In this document: positions 51,044 through 61,074 of the stretch, one piece after another
How positions within the stretch are numbered: position 1 is the stretch's first letter
How the letters are laid out: each line of letters opens with the position of its first letter
Sequence record: KT919972.1
DNA: 64,000 nt
Strand: one strand, 5' to 3'
Notes under the pieces: model-generated
What the model saw: the letters and a program-made list of their open reading frames with translations, nothing else
Database searches by the model: none
Told to the model about the DNA's origin: nothing
Translations under genes and position numbers: made by a program

Positions 51044-51891
51044 TATACGAAAAAATCTTCGATGCCTCGTAGAGTTACTTTCTCTGCGTTACCACACTTA
51101 GGACATTTAACGTCAACATAAGTGGTGATTCGCGGCACTGCATCGACGAAAGTTTGAACTTTCTTGAATGCAGCAGTGTCTAGTTCACCCATGATATTGA
51201 TCAACTGACCTTGTGCGGCAAGCTCTTCTTTGCTGTACACAGTATCACCAACGTGAACTTCTTTGATCGATTCAACAGCAATATTGAACAGACCTTCAGG
51301 AGTGTTAGGGTCGTTGTTCTCATACACGCGAATATTCGGGTGTTGGAGTTTGATTAATACTTGTTTGTTAACACGAACTGTATCTTCACCAGTGAATGCA
51401 GGCACAAACGCAGCGTTTAGGTCTATATTTGCCGTGATTCGTTCACCGCATAGACGCTTGTCAGGTGCGAATACTGCTTCGATTGCCTCTTCGTTTGATT
51501 GATTAACAATCTCTGCGAACAAGTCATCGGCAGATTTCTCAAGTTCAGCTTCTTCTTGTGCGTCTAGCTGTTTGAGTTCTTCTTCTGGCTTATCTGCACA
51601 GCAGTTGTATTCCGCTTGAATTTCAGTTACGCCATTGCTGTTCATATACATGTGCATGAACAAGTATTCAGCATCACCAACCGTTAGATCTTCCATCTTG
51701 ATGTCTGAAACAATACAGTTTTCAAGACATTGCTCGATTGCATCAACCTTTTCATCTGATTCGTTAGCGATCAACAGTGTTTTATGCTCTTTTGCAAGCA
51801 TGGCACGTAACTTGATCTCTTCGCCAGTAGATGGTAGTTTTACAGTATATTGAGGCGCAGCAAGTACGCTCAAATCAAATGGTTTTGTCAT
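51043..51891 (-). CDS. gp26: baseplate hub subunit
   Basis: YTVKLPSTGEEIKLRAMLAKEHKTLL, D.EYLF, C-terminal CPKC...LRGIEDFF. Confidence 0.88.
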   Translation of the reverse strand: MTKPFDLSVLAAPQYTVKLPSTGEEIKLRAMLAKEHKTLLIANESDEKVDAIEQCLENCIVSDIKMEDLTVGDAEYLFMHMYMNSNGVTEIQAEYNCCADKPEEELKQLDAQEEAELEKSADDLFAEIVNQSNEEAIEAVFAPDKRLCGERITANIDLNAAFVPAFTGEDTVRVNKQVLIKLQHPNIRVYENNDPNTPEGLFNIAVESIKEVHVGDTVYSKEELAAQGQLINIMGELDTAAFKKVQTFVDAVPRITTYVDVKCPKCGNAEKVTLRGIEDFFV

Positions 51892-51903
51892 GATATTTTT
51901 GCC

Positions 51904-52650
51904 TTAAAATAAGTTTGGGAATGTTTCTGCCGCAGTATTGTAAATGCTGTTATATGTTTTTTCGAAATTCTGTGTTATATCTAACGTGTCTGCGATTGTG
52001 CTAGATAAATCTTCAGTCATGTACGTTGCACTTTCGTAAACAAATTCAACCTCGAATTCGGCAACTGCATTGCTATTTTCATAGCCCAACTGAACTCCAC
52101 CGACTCGAATAGGAAACGCATTTTTTAAACTGGTCATAGTAACCATGTTCGCGTTGCGGTCGTACGTGTAAATCTCGATAGTGCGTGCGTAATTCGAGAA
52201 GAACCCGACTTGCGCAGAATCGTTTGAATAAATCTGTTTGAACCAACCTAATAGCATTTTACGCTCAGGGTGTGAGGGTGAAAGATACAGCGACATCGTT
52301 ACCGTTTCATCAGTTTTCGTTTTGATTACATGATGCGGACGTCTTCTCGATCTATCAATATCTGTTTCGTATGATGACCCAGGTATATTTACTGATTTAA
52401 CCATCATCCCGATGTTTCGCTCGAATTCAAACCCACTACCGAATAACGCAGCAGTCGAGGCTAATGCATCTTTAACCCCGATACCGTTTACTCTAGTCGA
52501 TGCAGCATTCGAGAACGTTTCACCAGTGTTCATTAACTGCTTTGCTGTATCTTGCAGCGATGCAAAACGCACCGCATACAAGTTTTGTCTTGCTAAATCG
52601 TTCTTATTGATCTGAGATAAGAACTTTTTAACGTCAATACCGATTGCCAT
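51904..52650 (-). CDS. gp54: baseplate-tail tube initiator
   Basis: D.ARQNLY.V.F, MVKSVNIPG, IEI..YDRN, N.FP..VGGVQL.YE...EFEVEF.Y. Confidence 0.82.
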   Translation of the reverse strand: MAIGIDVKKFLSQINKNDLARQNLYAVRFASLQDTAKQLMNTGETFSNAASTRVNGIGVKDALASTAALFGSGFEFERNIGMMVKSVNIPGSSYETDIDRSRRRPHHVIKTKTDETVTMSLYLSPSHPERKMLLGWFKQIYSNDSAQVGFFSNYARTIEIYTYDRNANMVTMTSLKNAFPIRVGGVQLGYENSNAVAEFEVEFVYESATYMTEDLSSTIADTLDITQNFEKTYNSIYNTAAETFPNLF

Positions 52651-52653
52651 TCG

Positions 52654-53250
52654 TTATCTCCTTCTATAACGATCATCGTACGCACGAACAGCAGAAATGT
52701 TACGACCATTTTTAGCAACGAATTGCTGTAGTGGCATGTGAATAACATTGTACCAATCATGTGGTTTGACTTCTTCAAGTGAACCTTTAATTCGCTTTAG
52801 AATGTACAATTTAACCATATGTTTACTGAACTTGATGTTTTTCACTCGACCCCAATCAACCGATAGTCGAGTTGTGTTACTTACTGTTTTTGTAGTTGCG
52901 TATCGTAGTAAAATTGTTAAAAACTTCTCGCGATCTTTCGGTGGGATGTAGTGCAAGTTCAAGCCTAACATATATCCCTTTTCGACCCCGAGACAGATAA
53001 TACACGGGAATTTATCCCAATACGGAAGTTTGTCTTTGTGTTTAGCATCATATGCGAATACATACATGTTGCCTTTGTGTGGTCGCTGTACTTTTCGACT
53101 ACGTATTGCATCATGAACACGCTTTTTGAACCATGCTAATGATTTGCGTTGATTCTTCGCGATTGGTTGACGACCAAGCTCGTGCGTTTGAGCTTTGAAG
53201 CTATCAAGCAAACTTTCTTTTTTCTTCTTTGCTCGTTCTGGTCTAGCCAT
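52654..53250 (-). CDS. gp2: DNA end protector protein
   Basis: G.MY.F.YDAKHKDKLPYWDKFP, GLNLHYIP, K.Y. Confidence 0.93.
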   Translation of the reverse strand: MARPERAKKKKESLLDSFKAQTHELGRQPIAKNQRKSLAWFKKRVHDAIRSRKVQRPHKGNMYVFAYDAKHKDKLPYWDKFPCIICLGVEKGYMLGLNLHYIPPKDREKFLTILLRYATTKTVSNTTRLSVDWGRVKNIKFSKHMVKLYILKRIKGSLEEVKPHDWYNVIHMPLQQFVAKNGRNISAVRAYDDRYRRR

Positions 53251-53253
53251 TAA

Positions 53254-53646
53254 TTACCCCTTGTTGTGCTTGCGTCTGCAACTCGGCTCGTGCTGAGCCA
53301 TATTTGGTTTGGCGTATGATTTACCGCAATGTGGGCAAGGTGTTTTTGGTCGAGAACTTGCAGCCTTTCTATAAGCAGCTTTTGCTTCATCCGTGCGCTT
53401 CTTACCGCGATTTCCTTTACTGATCTTTTGCTTATATTCTTCTGTCTGCATGTATTCTGCACGACGTTCTATTTGATAATTTTTGTAGTCATCGTCAGCC
53501 CACATTTCAACTGCTTGTTCAGATGAAATTCCCGCTGGTTTGTTTACACCGTTTTGCTTCGCATAATCAAGTGTTAATGACAAGTCCGCTTCAGGTACAT
53601 AATATGCACGCTCTTCGACCCACGATTCATCAAGGTGTTCGTTCAT
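53254..53646 (-). CDS. NUMOD3 + Zn-finger protein (homing-endonuclease remnant?)
   Basis: KISKGNRGKKRTDEAK, CPHC...H...C; no GIY-YIG or HNH core seen. Confidence 0.6.
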   Translation of the reverse strand: MNEHLDESWVEERAYYVPEADLSLTLDYAKQNGVNKPAGISSEQAVEMWADDDYKNYQIERRAEYMQTEEYKQKISKGNRGKKRTDEAKAAYRKAASSRPKTPCPHCGKSYAKPNMAQHEPSCRRKHNKG

Positions 53647-54098
53647 ACTCTCAACCCTATCAATTTTCTCAATCCGTGCTCGGTGAGCACTTTAAAAATC
53701 CACCCCTTCTGCTTTGCGAATTTGATCGCGGCAGTCCACTTATCTTGATTCACTTGAAACGTGTAAACTTCTTTTAAAAGACGTTTCTTTGCTTTCTCTG
53801 TGAGTCTTTTTGGTTTCTCGGGTGGCATCGTTTCTTTGTGTGGTTTAATCTCAAAAATAAACTTTCTACCGTCAGATAGTTCTACAAAAAAGTCCATGAA
53901 ATATCTACGTTTTTTCCCGCCGTCGGCAGAACTAACATACGGGATTACAATCTCTTCAGAATTCCAGCGAACTACGTGTGGGTTGTTGTCACACCAACGC
54001 ATAAACGACAATTCCCATGAGCTTCTATACTCAATCTTTTGATAATTGCCTTTGTATTTTGACTTGTTCGACGGAACAAATTTTCCAGAATATGCCAT
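53643..54098 (-). CDS. gp4: head completion nuclease
   Basis: YSGKF.P.N..KY.G, YRSSWE..FM.WCD.NP....WNSEE, RRYFMDF, EIKP, KW.AA. Confidence 0.95.
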   Translation of the reverse strand: MAYSGKFVPSNKSKYKGNYQKIEYRSSWELSFMRWCDNNPHVVRWNSEEIVIPYVSSADGGKKRRYFMDFFVELSDGRKFIFEIKPHKETMPPEKPKRLTEKAKKRLLKEVYTFQVNQDKWTAAIKFAKQKGWIFKVLTEHGLRKLIGLRV

Positions 54099-54166
54099 GT
54101 AGCGCCTCCTTTCATATATTTAGTATCGCATCTAAATACAGATATATATTTTTAAAAAAGGAGATC

Positions 54167-55303
54167 ATGAAAATGAATCTTACTAGTACAATCGCTGCAA
54201 AAAGTAGCACTCTAGTAGAAACAATATCAGGAGGAGTTCAAAGTACTACACAAGAGCTTTCGACAGGTGAAGATGTTACTAAACTCGGTCGTGACTCGAA
54301 TAATGTAGCATTGACATACCCGCTTAATTTAGGGGCTGAGTCTGGACACCCGAATTTCTTTATTTTTAGAGCGTATGACTTGGCACACACAACAAAACAA
54401 CACTATACGGACATGCGTAGTTCGTTTACTGCCGCGCAAACTGAAAATGAACAATCTGGTGAAGTTCCTAGCGAACTGAAGGCTACACTTGCACTTTACG
54501 CGCCTAATATCGTTGAAGAAGTGTCTCACGAATATGATAAAACACCGACTTCAGTGTTAAATGACTTTCTTGCTAGTGCAGCTTCAGCAGCGGGTTCAGA
54601 TACAGTGTCTGAGGGTGTTGATCGCGGTAAACGAGCAGTCGCGACAGCAGCAGGTGCAACACTAGCTCAGATTAAACGTTCATTCATTCAATCGAATGCA
54701 GCAGGGCAGTTGGAGAAGAACAGCAGCGTCGTAACAGACAACGTAACTGTAACTGCGTATAAAGGTACAGCGCAGCGTACACAAACAATGGTATATCAAT
54801 TCCACCCTAAGTCGTTAGACGAACTGAAAGTAGTTGCAGAGATTATAAAGACGTTCTATGGGCTATCGTTGCCAGTGAAAGGTCAGATTGATTCGCAGTT
54901 ATTAGATACAGGGACAGCAAATTTAGGCTCGGGTTTTGCAGCAGGTTTTGCGAAATACGCGACGTTATTGAAAACTCCGCCTGTATGGATGATTGAAGAA
55001 GTGTCAGACACAGACGCGACGCGATACACACCTCGCTTTATTTTCGGTCCAGCGGGTATCACATCTGTGAAGTTAAATCGTACACCCGATCAGTACTGGC
55101 GCACATTTAGAGGTACGGCTGGTGACCCAGCGGGTATTGAACTTGAGATTACATTTAGCGAACTTATCCCACTTGATCGTGCTATGTATCAACGCGACCT
55201 TAACAGTAATGTTCGAGGTTATGACAGTGGAACGAAAACGGCTAGTGGTAGTAATACAAACTCTGGTTCGTTCTTTGGTGATATTGAGGGATTGATTAAA
55301 TGA
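54167..55303 (+). CDS. gp48: baseplate tail tube cap
   Basis: YPL...F.FRAYD, LY.P...E..SH.Y, W.IE, ITSV..N, LEITF.E; TAAATA late promoter at about 54133. Confidence 0.8.
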   Translation: MKMNLTSTIAAKSSTLVETISGGVQSTTQELSTGEDVTKLGRDSNNVALTYPLNLGAESGHPNFFIFRAYDLAHTTKQHYTDMRSSFTAAQTENEQSGEVPSELKATLALYAPNIVEEVSHEYDKTPTSVLNDFLASAASAAGSDTVSEGVDRGKRAVATAAGATLAQIKRSFIQSNAAGQLEKNSSVVTDNVTVTAYKGTAQRTQTMVYQFHPKSLDELKVVAEIIKTFYGLSLPVKGQIDSQLLDTGTANLGSGFAAGFAKYATLLKTPPVWMIEEVSDTDATRYTPRFIFGPAGITSVKLNRTPDQYWRTFRGTAGDPAGIELEITFSELIPLDRAMYQRDLNSNVRGYDSGTKTASGSNTNSGSFFGDIEGLIK

Positions 55304-55878
55304 TTTTTTCGATATTTGAAAAGACTGATTATCAAGGGGTTGAAACTGCGGACATATTCAAGAATTTGAATTATTATCATAAGCAGATCATCCCGTCGTT
55401 TACGACGATTCAGTATAAAATCAGGGGCGATTATCGCCCTGAACAAATTGCATATGAATTGTACGGTGACACGTCGTTGTATTGGTTGATATTACTTCTC
55501 AATCAGCGCGTTGACCCGTTTTATGATTGGGTTCAGCCCAATGAATCTGTAGCTGAGAATGCTATTTATCGTTATCAATATATTGGTGGGAATGAGCAAG
55601 TTCATCATCACGTCGATGAACAAGGTCGTTGGTGGTTTGATATGATTGAAGACCCTGAAAACCCGCGTAATTGGTATAACAAGTTCGACTGGGAAAATAA
55701 TGTCCCTGAAGAAGGTCAGGAAGATTTTCGAGAACTGTTGTATCACGGCGTTATGATTCCAGTATCAGTTGATGAATTTGAGTTCAATAAGAATGAAACG
55801 AATCGCGTGATTAACATTCTTTCGCGTGACGATATTAGTACATACATCAGCACGTTTATGAAATTAGCAGGGGTATAA
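55300..55878 (+). CDS. gp53: baseplate wedge subunit (LysM-like)
   Basis: RPEQIAYELYGDTSLYWLILLLNQRVDPFYDW, HHHVDE.G. Confidence 0.9.
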   Translation: MIFSIFEKTDYQGVETADIFKNLNYYHKQIIPSFTTIQYKIRGDYRPEQIAYELYGDTSLYWLILLLNQRVDPFYDWVQPNESVAENAIYRYQYIGGNEQVHHHVDEQGRWWFDMIEDPENPRNWYNKFDWENNVPEEGQEDFRELLYHGVMIPVSVDEFEFNKNETNRVINILSRDDISTYISTFMKLAGV

Positions 55879-55879
55879 C

Positions 55880-57151
55880 ATGTTTGAAATGCGCTCCGCT
55901 AACCCAATTGAGAACTTTGTGGTTAGCAAAATTCACATTCGTGGTGTTGATTTCGCCTCGGCTGTTGAAAATGAAATCACACACATGGAAATTTATGAGT
56001 CGCTTGACGGGTTAGTTTCGGGCATGTTCATGTTCACAGATTCAGTCGGAATCGTTGACACTGTTCGAATGACGGGGTTTGAAGCTATCGATGTTGATTT
56101 TGCTTCATATGTCGGGGAGCAAGCAAACAAGGTATATCGAAAAACGTTTCGTGCGACTGGTATATCAAGAATGCCGTCAACGACTGGTGGGTTCGAAACT
56201 ATAATTGTTCGTTTTACTAATAACCTATTGACATTGAATGATTACGTTAAACGCCCGTATGTGTTCAAGAAAACTAGTATATCGAACATAATCAAAACGA
56301 TTTTAGACAATTTGGGTGATGAGAAGCCCGTGTATGAAATTGAATCTTCTCTTTATCAACGTGATTACGTGACCCAGATCGGTAAACCTTACGACATCAT
56401 CAGCAGTCTTGTAGACCATGCAAGTACTGACGTGAATAACAGTTGTAAGTTCATGTTTTACGAAGATCGGGACTCGGTTAAATTCACGTCTCTTGGTACG
56501 ATCAGAAACAAAGATTACGATTATATAATTCGTAAAGGTGCTGATACAGGTGACGGTAAATGGACATCTGGTCGCGGTAAAACAATCACAGCATTGCGCG
56601 TTGTGGTGAAAGAACAGTCTAATATGCATGAGATTTCTAGTGGTTTATTCGGTTCTAGAACATATTCTCATAGTTTAATTCGCAAAAAGTTGACGACTAA
56701 AGATGTTCGTCGTGGTGATTATATTGAAAAGGTTGGGATTTTAAATGACAAAGCTCATATGTACACGAGCGAATCAGAATTTCCTAGTGAAGTTCCAGTA
56801 ACAGAACAACCGTTGAATAGCATTCAATTGATATCAAACGATGGCTTTTACGAGCATGACAATAAACACCCTCTAGGGTCTGTTCATGGCGTTTCATTAA
56901 TGGAAGAAACGTACTTGAATGCAAAACAGATACTTGTAGAAATACCAGGTAATACGAACATTACAGTTGGTGATGTTGTGTTTCTTGACTATCACGCAGT
57001 AACTGGTGACAACCATTCGAGTCTTGATGTGTCAGGGAAATGGATTGTTCATGAATTGAAGCATCGCGTTGAGCCTAATTCATTCATTACTACGCTTGAA
57101 TTATCAAGTGATTCGTCGATGAATGTAGCAGTTGCGGGGAGCAAGAAATAA
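55880..57151 (+). CDS. gp27: baseplate hub subunit
   Basis: VgrG/gp27-like beta-rich pattern, IPGN..I.VGD.V.L, G.W.V.EL.H; position before gp5. Confidence 0.72.
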   Translation: MFEMRSANPIENFVVSKIHIRGVDFASAVENEITHMEIYESLDGLVSGMFMFTDSVGIVDTVRMTGFEAIDVDFASYVGEQANKVYRKTFRATGISRMPSTTGGFETIIVRFTNNLLTLNDYVKRPYVFKKTSISNIIKTILDNLGDEKPVYEIESSLYQRDYVTQIGKPYDIISSLVDHASTDVNNSCKFMFYEDRDSVKFTSLGTIRNKDYDYIIRKGADTGDGKWTSGRGKTITALRVVVKEQSNMHEISSGLFGSRTYSHSLIRKKLTTKDVRRGDYIEKVGILNDKAHMYTSESEFPSEVPVTEQPLNSIQLISNDGFYEHDNKHPLGSVHGVSLMEETYLNAKQILVEIPGNTNITVGDVVFLDYHAVTGDNHSSLDVSGKWIVHELKHRVEPNSFITTLELSSDSSMNVAVAGSKK

Positions 57152-58368
57152 TGTTTATGGGATTAGATGGGTTTGATTGGTGGACTGGGGTCGTTGAAGA
57201 TAGAACAAGCGACCCACTCAAACTCGGTAGAATTAAAGTCAGAATGATTGGGTTTCACCCCGAGAAGAAAAGTTCAAATCAAGGTATTCGAACTGAAGAA
57301 CTTCTTTGGGTTCACCCTATGCAGTCGCTTGATAACGCTGCGATGAACGGGATTGGTAATACACCAATAGGGGTAGTTGAAGGTACATGGGTATTCGGCT
57401 TTTTTAGAGATAAGTTGCATCAAGATGCAATTGCGATGGGTGTTTTGCCTGGTATACCTGAAGAATTAGCTAACGGCAGTAAGGGGTTTAATGACCCAAA
57501 CGAAAAATACCCGTTAGCTGATAAACTTAATGAGCCCGATACAAACCGTTTAGCTCGAAACGATGTAGATCCCGATGTGTATGATGAAAATCAATCTCAG
57601 AGCGATTTTGATAGTGGCGATGCGCCTTATGTGTATAGACCACATGAAATAATCGCTAGTAAACGCGCAGCCGAAGAGAAAGACATTCCGATTGCGGGAT
57701 ATAATCAAAACGGTCCCGTTTATAACGAGAAAGAGACGCCGTACGCAGCGCAGTACCCGTTCAATCATGTACACGAGTCTGAATCTGGGCACATCAGAGA
57801 GGTTGATGACACTGTGGGTGCAGAGCGTTTACATACGTATCATCGAACAGGTACATTTGAAGAAATTCATCCTGACGGCAGTAAAGTTACAAAGATTGTT
57901 GGTGATGATTTTGAGATTGTTCAAAAAGATCAGAATGTCTTTATCAAAGGGAACTTGAATATAACCGTTGTCGGTGACGCGACGTTCTATTGCCAGCAAA
58001 ATGTCACGCAGCAAGTTGATGGTGATTTGAAGCAGCATGTTAAGGGTAATGTTGATCAGCATGTTGAAATGAATGTTACTCAAACAGTTGATAAAGATGT
58101 TAGTCAGACAGTGCATCAGAACGTCACACAGAACGTTGACGGGAATGTTAATCAAACTGTGGGCGGGAATGTTCAAAGTAACGTCACGGGCGATTACACG
58201 CAGAATATCAGCGGTAATTACACAATAACAGTCGGTGGCTCGATGTCAGAAAGCGTTAGTTCGTCTTATACACGTTCGGCGTCATCAATTAGTGATGACG
58301 GTGGTGGCGCAACGCTTAGTCTCGCAGGAGCTGCGGCATTAGACGGTTCAACAGTGAGCCTAGGGTAA
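57151..58368 (+). CDS. gp5: baseplate central spike (no lysozyme domain)
   Basis: OB fold WWTGVVEDR.DPLKLGRIKVR, YPFNHV.ESESGH..E.DDT.G.ER, C-terminal 8-residue V.GN beta-helix repeats. Confidence 0.93.
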   Translation: MFMGLDGFDWWTGVVEDRTSDPLKLGRIKVRMIGFHPEKKSSNQGIRTEELLWVHPMQSLDNAAMNGIGNTPIGVVEGTWVFGFFRDKLHQDAIAMGVLPGIPEELANGSKGFNDPNEKYPLADKLNEPDTNRLARNDVDPDVYDENQSQSDFDSGDAPYVYRPHEIIASKRAAEEKDIPIAGYNQNGPVYNEKETPYAAQYPFNHVHESESGHIREVDDTVGAERLHTYHRTGTFEEIHPDGSKVTKIVGDDFEIVQKDQNVFIKGNLNITVVGDATFYCQQNVTQQVDGDLKQHVKGNVDQHVEMNVTQTVDKDVSQTVHQNVTQNVDGNVNQTVGGNVQSNVTGDYTQNISGNYTITVGGSMSESVSSSYTRSASSISDDGGGATLSLAGAAALDGSTVSLG

Positions 58369-58372
58369 TTGA

Positions 58373-58858
58373 ATGGCTAGTATTACACCAATCACTTTAC
58401 CGATCATTGCAGAAGGGGAGAACGTCGATGTGACGTTCTCCGCTGTCATGGACGAAGGTGAGACACTTGTTCAGATATCAATAACTGACCATCGAGCGAA
58501 TGCGGGTATTAGTGTCTCAGGCGCAAGATATTACGGTCAGTATCAAGATTCGTTTGATCTGGGACCTAGTGGTCTGAAATACAGAGATACACGAGACAAT
58601 AGCTATCATGAAGTGAGTAGATTTAGCGATCTACCGAACAACCCTGAACATGGTCACGTGTATCGATTCGAAGCGCCGAGCGTGTTATCAACTGACTACA
58701 CATATACAGTTACAGTTGATTACGAATACGAAGACCCGCTTGTACCGGGAGTAATTGAAGAGCGCCAGCTCGTTGAATCATTCACTCAGAACGTTAAAGG
58801 TAAGTGGGATACATGGGCGCAGCAACTTAGAGATTATATAGCAGCAGGAGGTAACTAA
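58373..58858 (+). CDS. gp5.1: gp5.1-like protein
   Basis: position after gp5; C-terminal W..W..QLRDYI. Confidence 0.7.
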   Translation: MASITPITLPIIAEGENVDVTFSAVMDEGETLVQISITDHRANAGISVSGARYYGQYQDSFDLGPSGLKYRDTRDNSYHEVSRFSDLPNNPEHGHVYRFEAPSVLSTDYTYTVTVDYEYEDPLVPGVIEERQLVESFTQNVKGKWDTWAQQLRDYIAAGGN

Positions 58859-59154
58859 TGCCAGCTTTAGCAGGTGCAGATGAACCAACAACAGGTCATG
58901 GGACATACCCGCCAACAGTAGTAACGGGTGGGAGTGGGAAAGTAACAGTACAAGGTAAACCTGCGTTGTCTAAAGATAACTTAGTTCACGTAACGCACTG
59001 TAATACAGTACCTAACTATGATTGTCATGCAGGTAGCGCAGCATCGTTCAGTTCGAAAGTGTTTATCGAGGGGAGCAATGCAATCCGTATCGGTGACACG
59101 TTAACATGCGGCGATACGGTTGCTGGTGGTGCAGGGAAGGTTACTAGCTCTTAG
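58858..59154 (+). CDS. gp5.4: PAAR-type spike tip
   Basis: TTGHGTYPPT, H.TH, IGD.L.CGD.V..G..KV. Confidence 0.88.
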   Translation: MPALAGADEPTTGHGTYPPTVVTGGSGKVTVQGKPALSKDNLVHVTHCNTVPNYDCHAGSAASFSSKVFIEGSNAIRIGDTLTCGDTVAGGAGKVTSS

Positions 59155-59500
59155 AGTGTTCTTTGATTCGCTCTTCGTTGTCTAGTGTAGTAACGTCAAC
59201 ATCTTCAGCCTTAAATGATTTATCCTCAAGTACAGGCGCTTCAAGCTCGGTGAATGCGTCTACTTTATACTTGTCAGTGTCATTAATCGCCTCGTTTACA
59301 GTAGGTCGAGTAATCGGTGATGTTGCAATTTTAAAACCACTCGCAGCAACTGTAAGTAGAAGCGCAGCAGTGATGATTTTACCGTAAGGTAGTTTGATGT
59401 CTAGCTTGAAAATCTTCGCCATGGAGAAAGACACTGCTAGAATTAGAAGTAAGATTACAAACATGCCAATTATTGGCAAAACAGGTAGAAGAAATTCCAT
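59144..59500 (-). CDS. two-TM membrane protein
   Basis: two hydrophobic helices; downstream of the SPFH gene. Confidence 0.7.
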   Translation of the reverse strand: MEFLLPVLPIIGMFVILLLILAVSFSMAKIFKLDIKLPYGKIITAALLLTVAASGFKIATSPITRPTVNEAINDTDKYKVDAFTELEAPVLEDKSFKAEDVDVTTLDNEERIKEHSKS

Positions 59501-59551
59501 TACGTTTCCTTTTTTTAAAGAAGGGCAGTGATTTACTGCCCTTTGTGGTTA

Positions 59552-60427
59552 TTACTTGATTGGTGTTTGTACTGCGATATCATCAAGCATTTTCGTCGGC
59601 ACGAACACTTTGTTGTTTGACTTCGCAAGCTCACGTAGAGTTTTTTGCTCTTCGATGAATCGTACGTTAGAGTTCATCAGTTTGTCAGCCACTAGCTTTT
59701 TGGTTTCAGCTTCGTATAGCTCGATCTCACGCTGACGCTTTGATACTTCTTCACGGGTTGCGATTTGTAGTAAGTCTAGCTTACGTTGTGCTTTAACTGT
59801 GTCTTCTTCTTGACGACGTTCAGCAGATTTGATTTGTGCGTCTGTGATTGTCTTAGGGTAATCTACGTTAGTAACACCTACGACTTTAAGAACGAACGGC
59901 GTATCTTTCAGCTCTTGATTCAAGCGATTAAGAACGAACGAGTTCAGTTTTTGACGTTCAGACGCAACCTGTTTGATGCTGTATTCAGCTACAATACTAG
60001 GTACAATCGTATTCAGTTTAGCTTTCGCATAACGTTTAAACACGTCTTTCTGATCAATTACACCTAGCTGATCTGTCTGTGCTCGGAACGGTACTTTAGC
60101 GAATACGAAGTTGTACTTCGCAGGGTCAATCGCCATCGTCATTTCGACTGAGTAAGCAAGCATAAGCTCATCTTTTGGCATGAACGTGTTGAAGTTCATT
60201 TGGTAGAAGCTGTCAGATACGTCAAGAAGTACTAGACGATCTGGGTAGCGCCATGCCCAATCGAGACGAAATTTAGACGGTTGTCGCGGCTCTGCTTCTA
60301 AATTGAAGCCATTAGGCGTTTGAATCTTACCGACGAAACCCGTTGGGATTTCAGCAGGTGTGCCACAGCCTACAAGTGCTAGACCTAGCGCAGATACTGA
60401 TAATAGTTTTGCAAGTTTCTTAAACAT
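59552..60427 (-). CDS. SPFH / band-7 domain lipoprotein
   Basis: lipobox LVGC; V.V..VDYP..I..A...AE coiled-coil tail. Confidence 0.78.
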   Translation of the reverse strand: MFKKLAKLLSVSALGLALVGCGTPAEIPTGFVGKIQTPNGFNLEAEPRQPSKFRLDWAWRYPDRLVLLDVSDSFYQMNFNTFMPKDELMLAYSVEMTMAIDPAKYNFVFAKVPFRAQTDQLGVIDQKDVFKRYAKAKLNTIVPSIVAEYSIKQVASERQKLNSFVLNRLNQELKDTPFVLKVVGVTNVDYPKTITDAQIKSAERRQEEDTVKAQRKLDLLQIATREEVSKRQREIELYEAETKKLVADKLMNSNVRFIEEQKTLRELAKSNNKVFVPTKMLDDIAVQTPIK

Positions 60428-60538
60428 GTTTTGCTCTCTTAGTTAATGAAGTTAATATCACAATCTATTTTGTTTGTGCGCTTCGTTGCGCTGAGGAGTA
60501 CATAATAGGTAAATAAGATATGCCTGTCAACACTTTTC

Positions 60539-60546
60539 TATAAATA
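60539..60546 (+). promoter_or_regulatory. T4 late promoter
   Basis: TATAAATA upstream of gp25. Confidence 0.8.
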
Positions 60547-60569
60547 AATTTAAAATCGGAGAAAAAACT

Positions 60570-60989
60570 ATGGCAATTGCAGAGTTGAACACGTTAAAGC
60601 CAGGGAGTTTCTATTTCAGTGACATCCCTGCAAACTTTAATAAAAGTGTTGTAAACAATGACTTGAGCGCATCGTATGACTTAAAAGCAATACAAGAATC
60701 TATCGTAGGTATCGTGAGTACGAATAAGGGAGAACGACCGTTCAACCCTGAATTCGGCTGTGACATTAACAATCAATTGTTTGAGAATATTTCTCCAGCA
60801 AGCGCGTTCTCAATCAAATATAGTATTGAAAACGCGATTTCAAGATGGGAACCTCGTGTTGCTATTCAGCGAATTGATGTCATCCCTGTATATGATGAAA
60901 ACACGTATGACGTGTCTATACAGTATCACTTGAAAACTAACTTCGATAGATTGTTTGCCTTGTCAACTAGACTAGTAAATCGTCTATAA
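60570..60989 (+). CDS. gp25: baseplate wedge subunit
   Basis: AIQESIVGIVSTNKGERPFNPEFGC, I..AISRWEPRV. Confidence 0.93.
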   Translation: MAIAELNTLKPGSFYFSDIPANFNKSVVNNDLSASYDLKAIQESIVGIVSTNKGERPFNPEFGCDINNQLFENISPASAFSIKYSIENAISRWEPRVAIQRIDVIPVYDENTYDVSIQYHLKTNFDRLFALSTRLVNRL

Positions 60990-61074
60990 ACGATAGCCCG
61001 CTCATTGAGTGGGCTTTTTTGTATATTAAATATAAGAAACGAAATTTACATAATTTTACCAACAGGGGAATAAC

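Noticed and set aside
57960-58240. 24-nt periodic repeats in the 3' part of gp5
   Set aside because: They encode the standard 8-residue beta-helix of the spike and need no further explanation.
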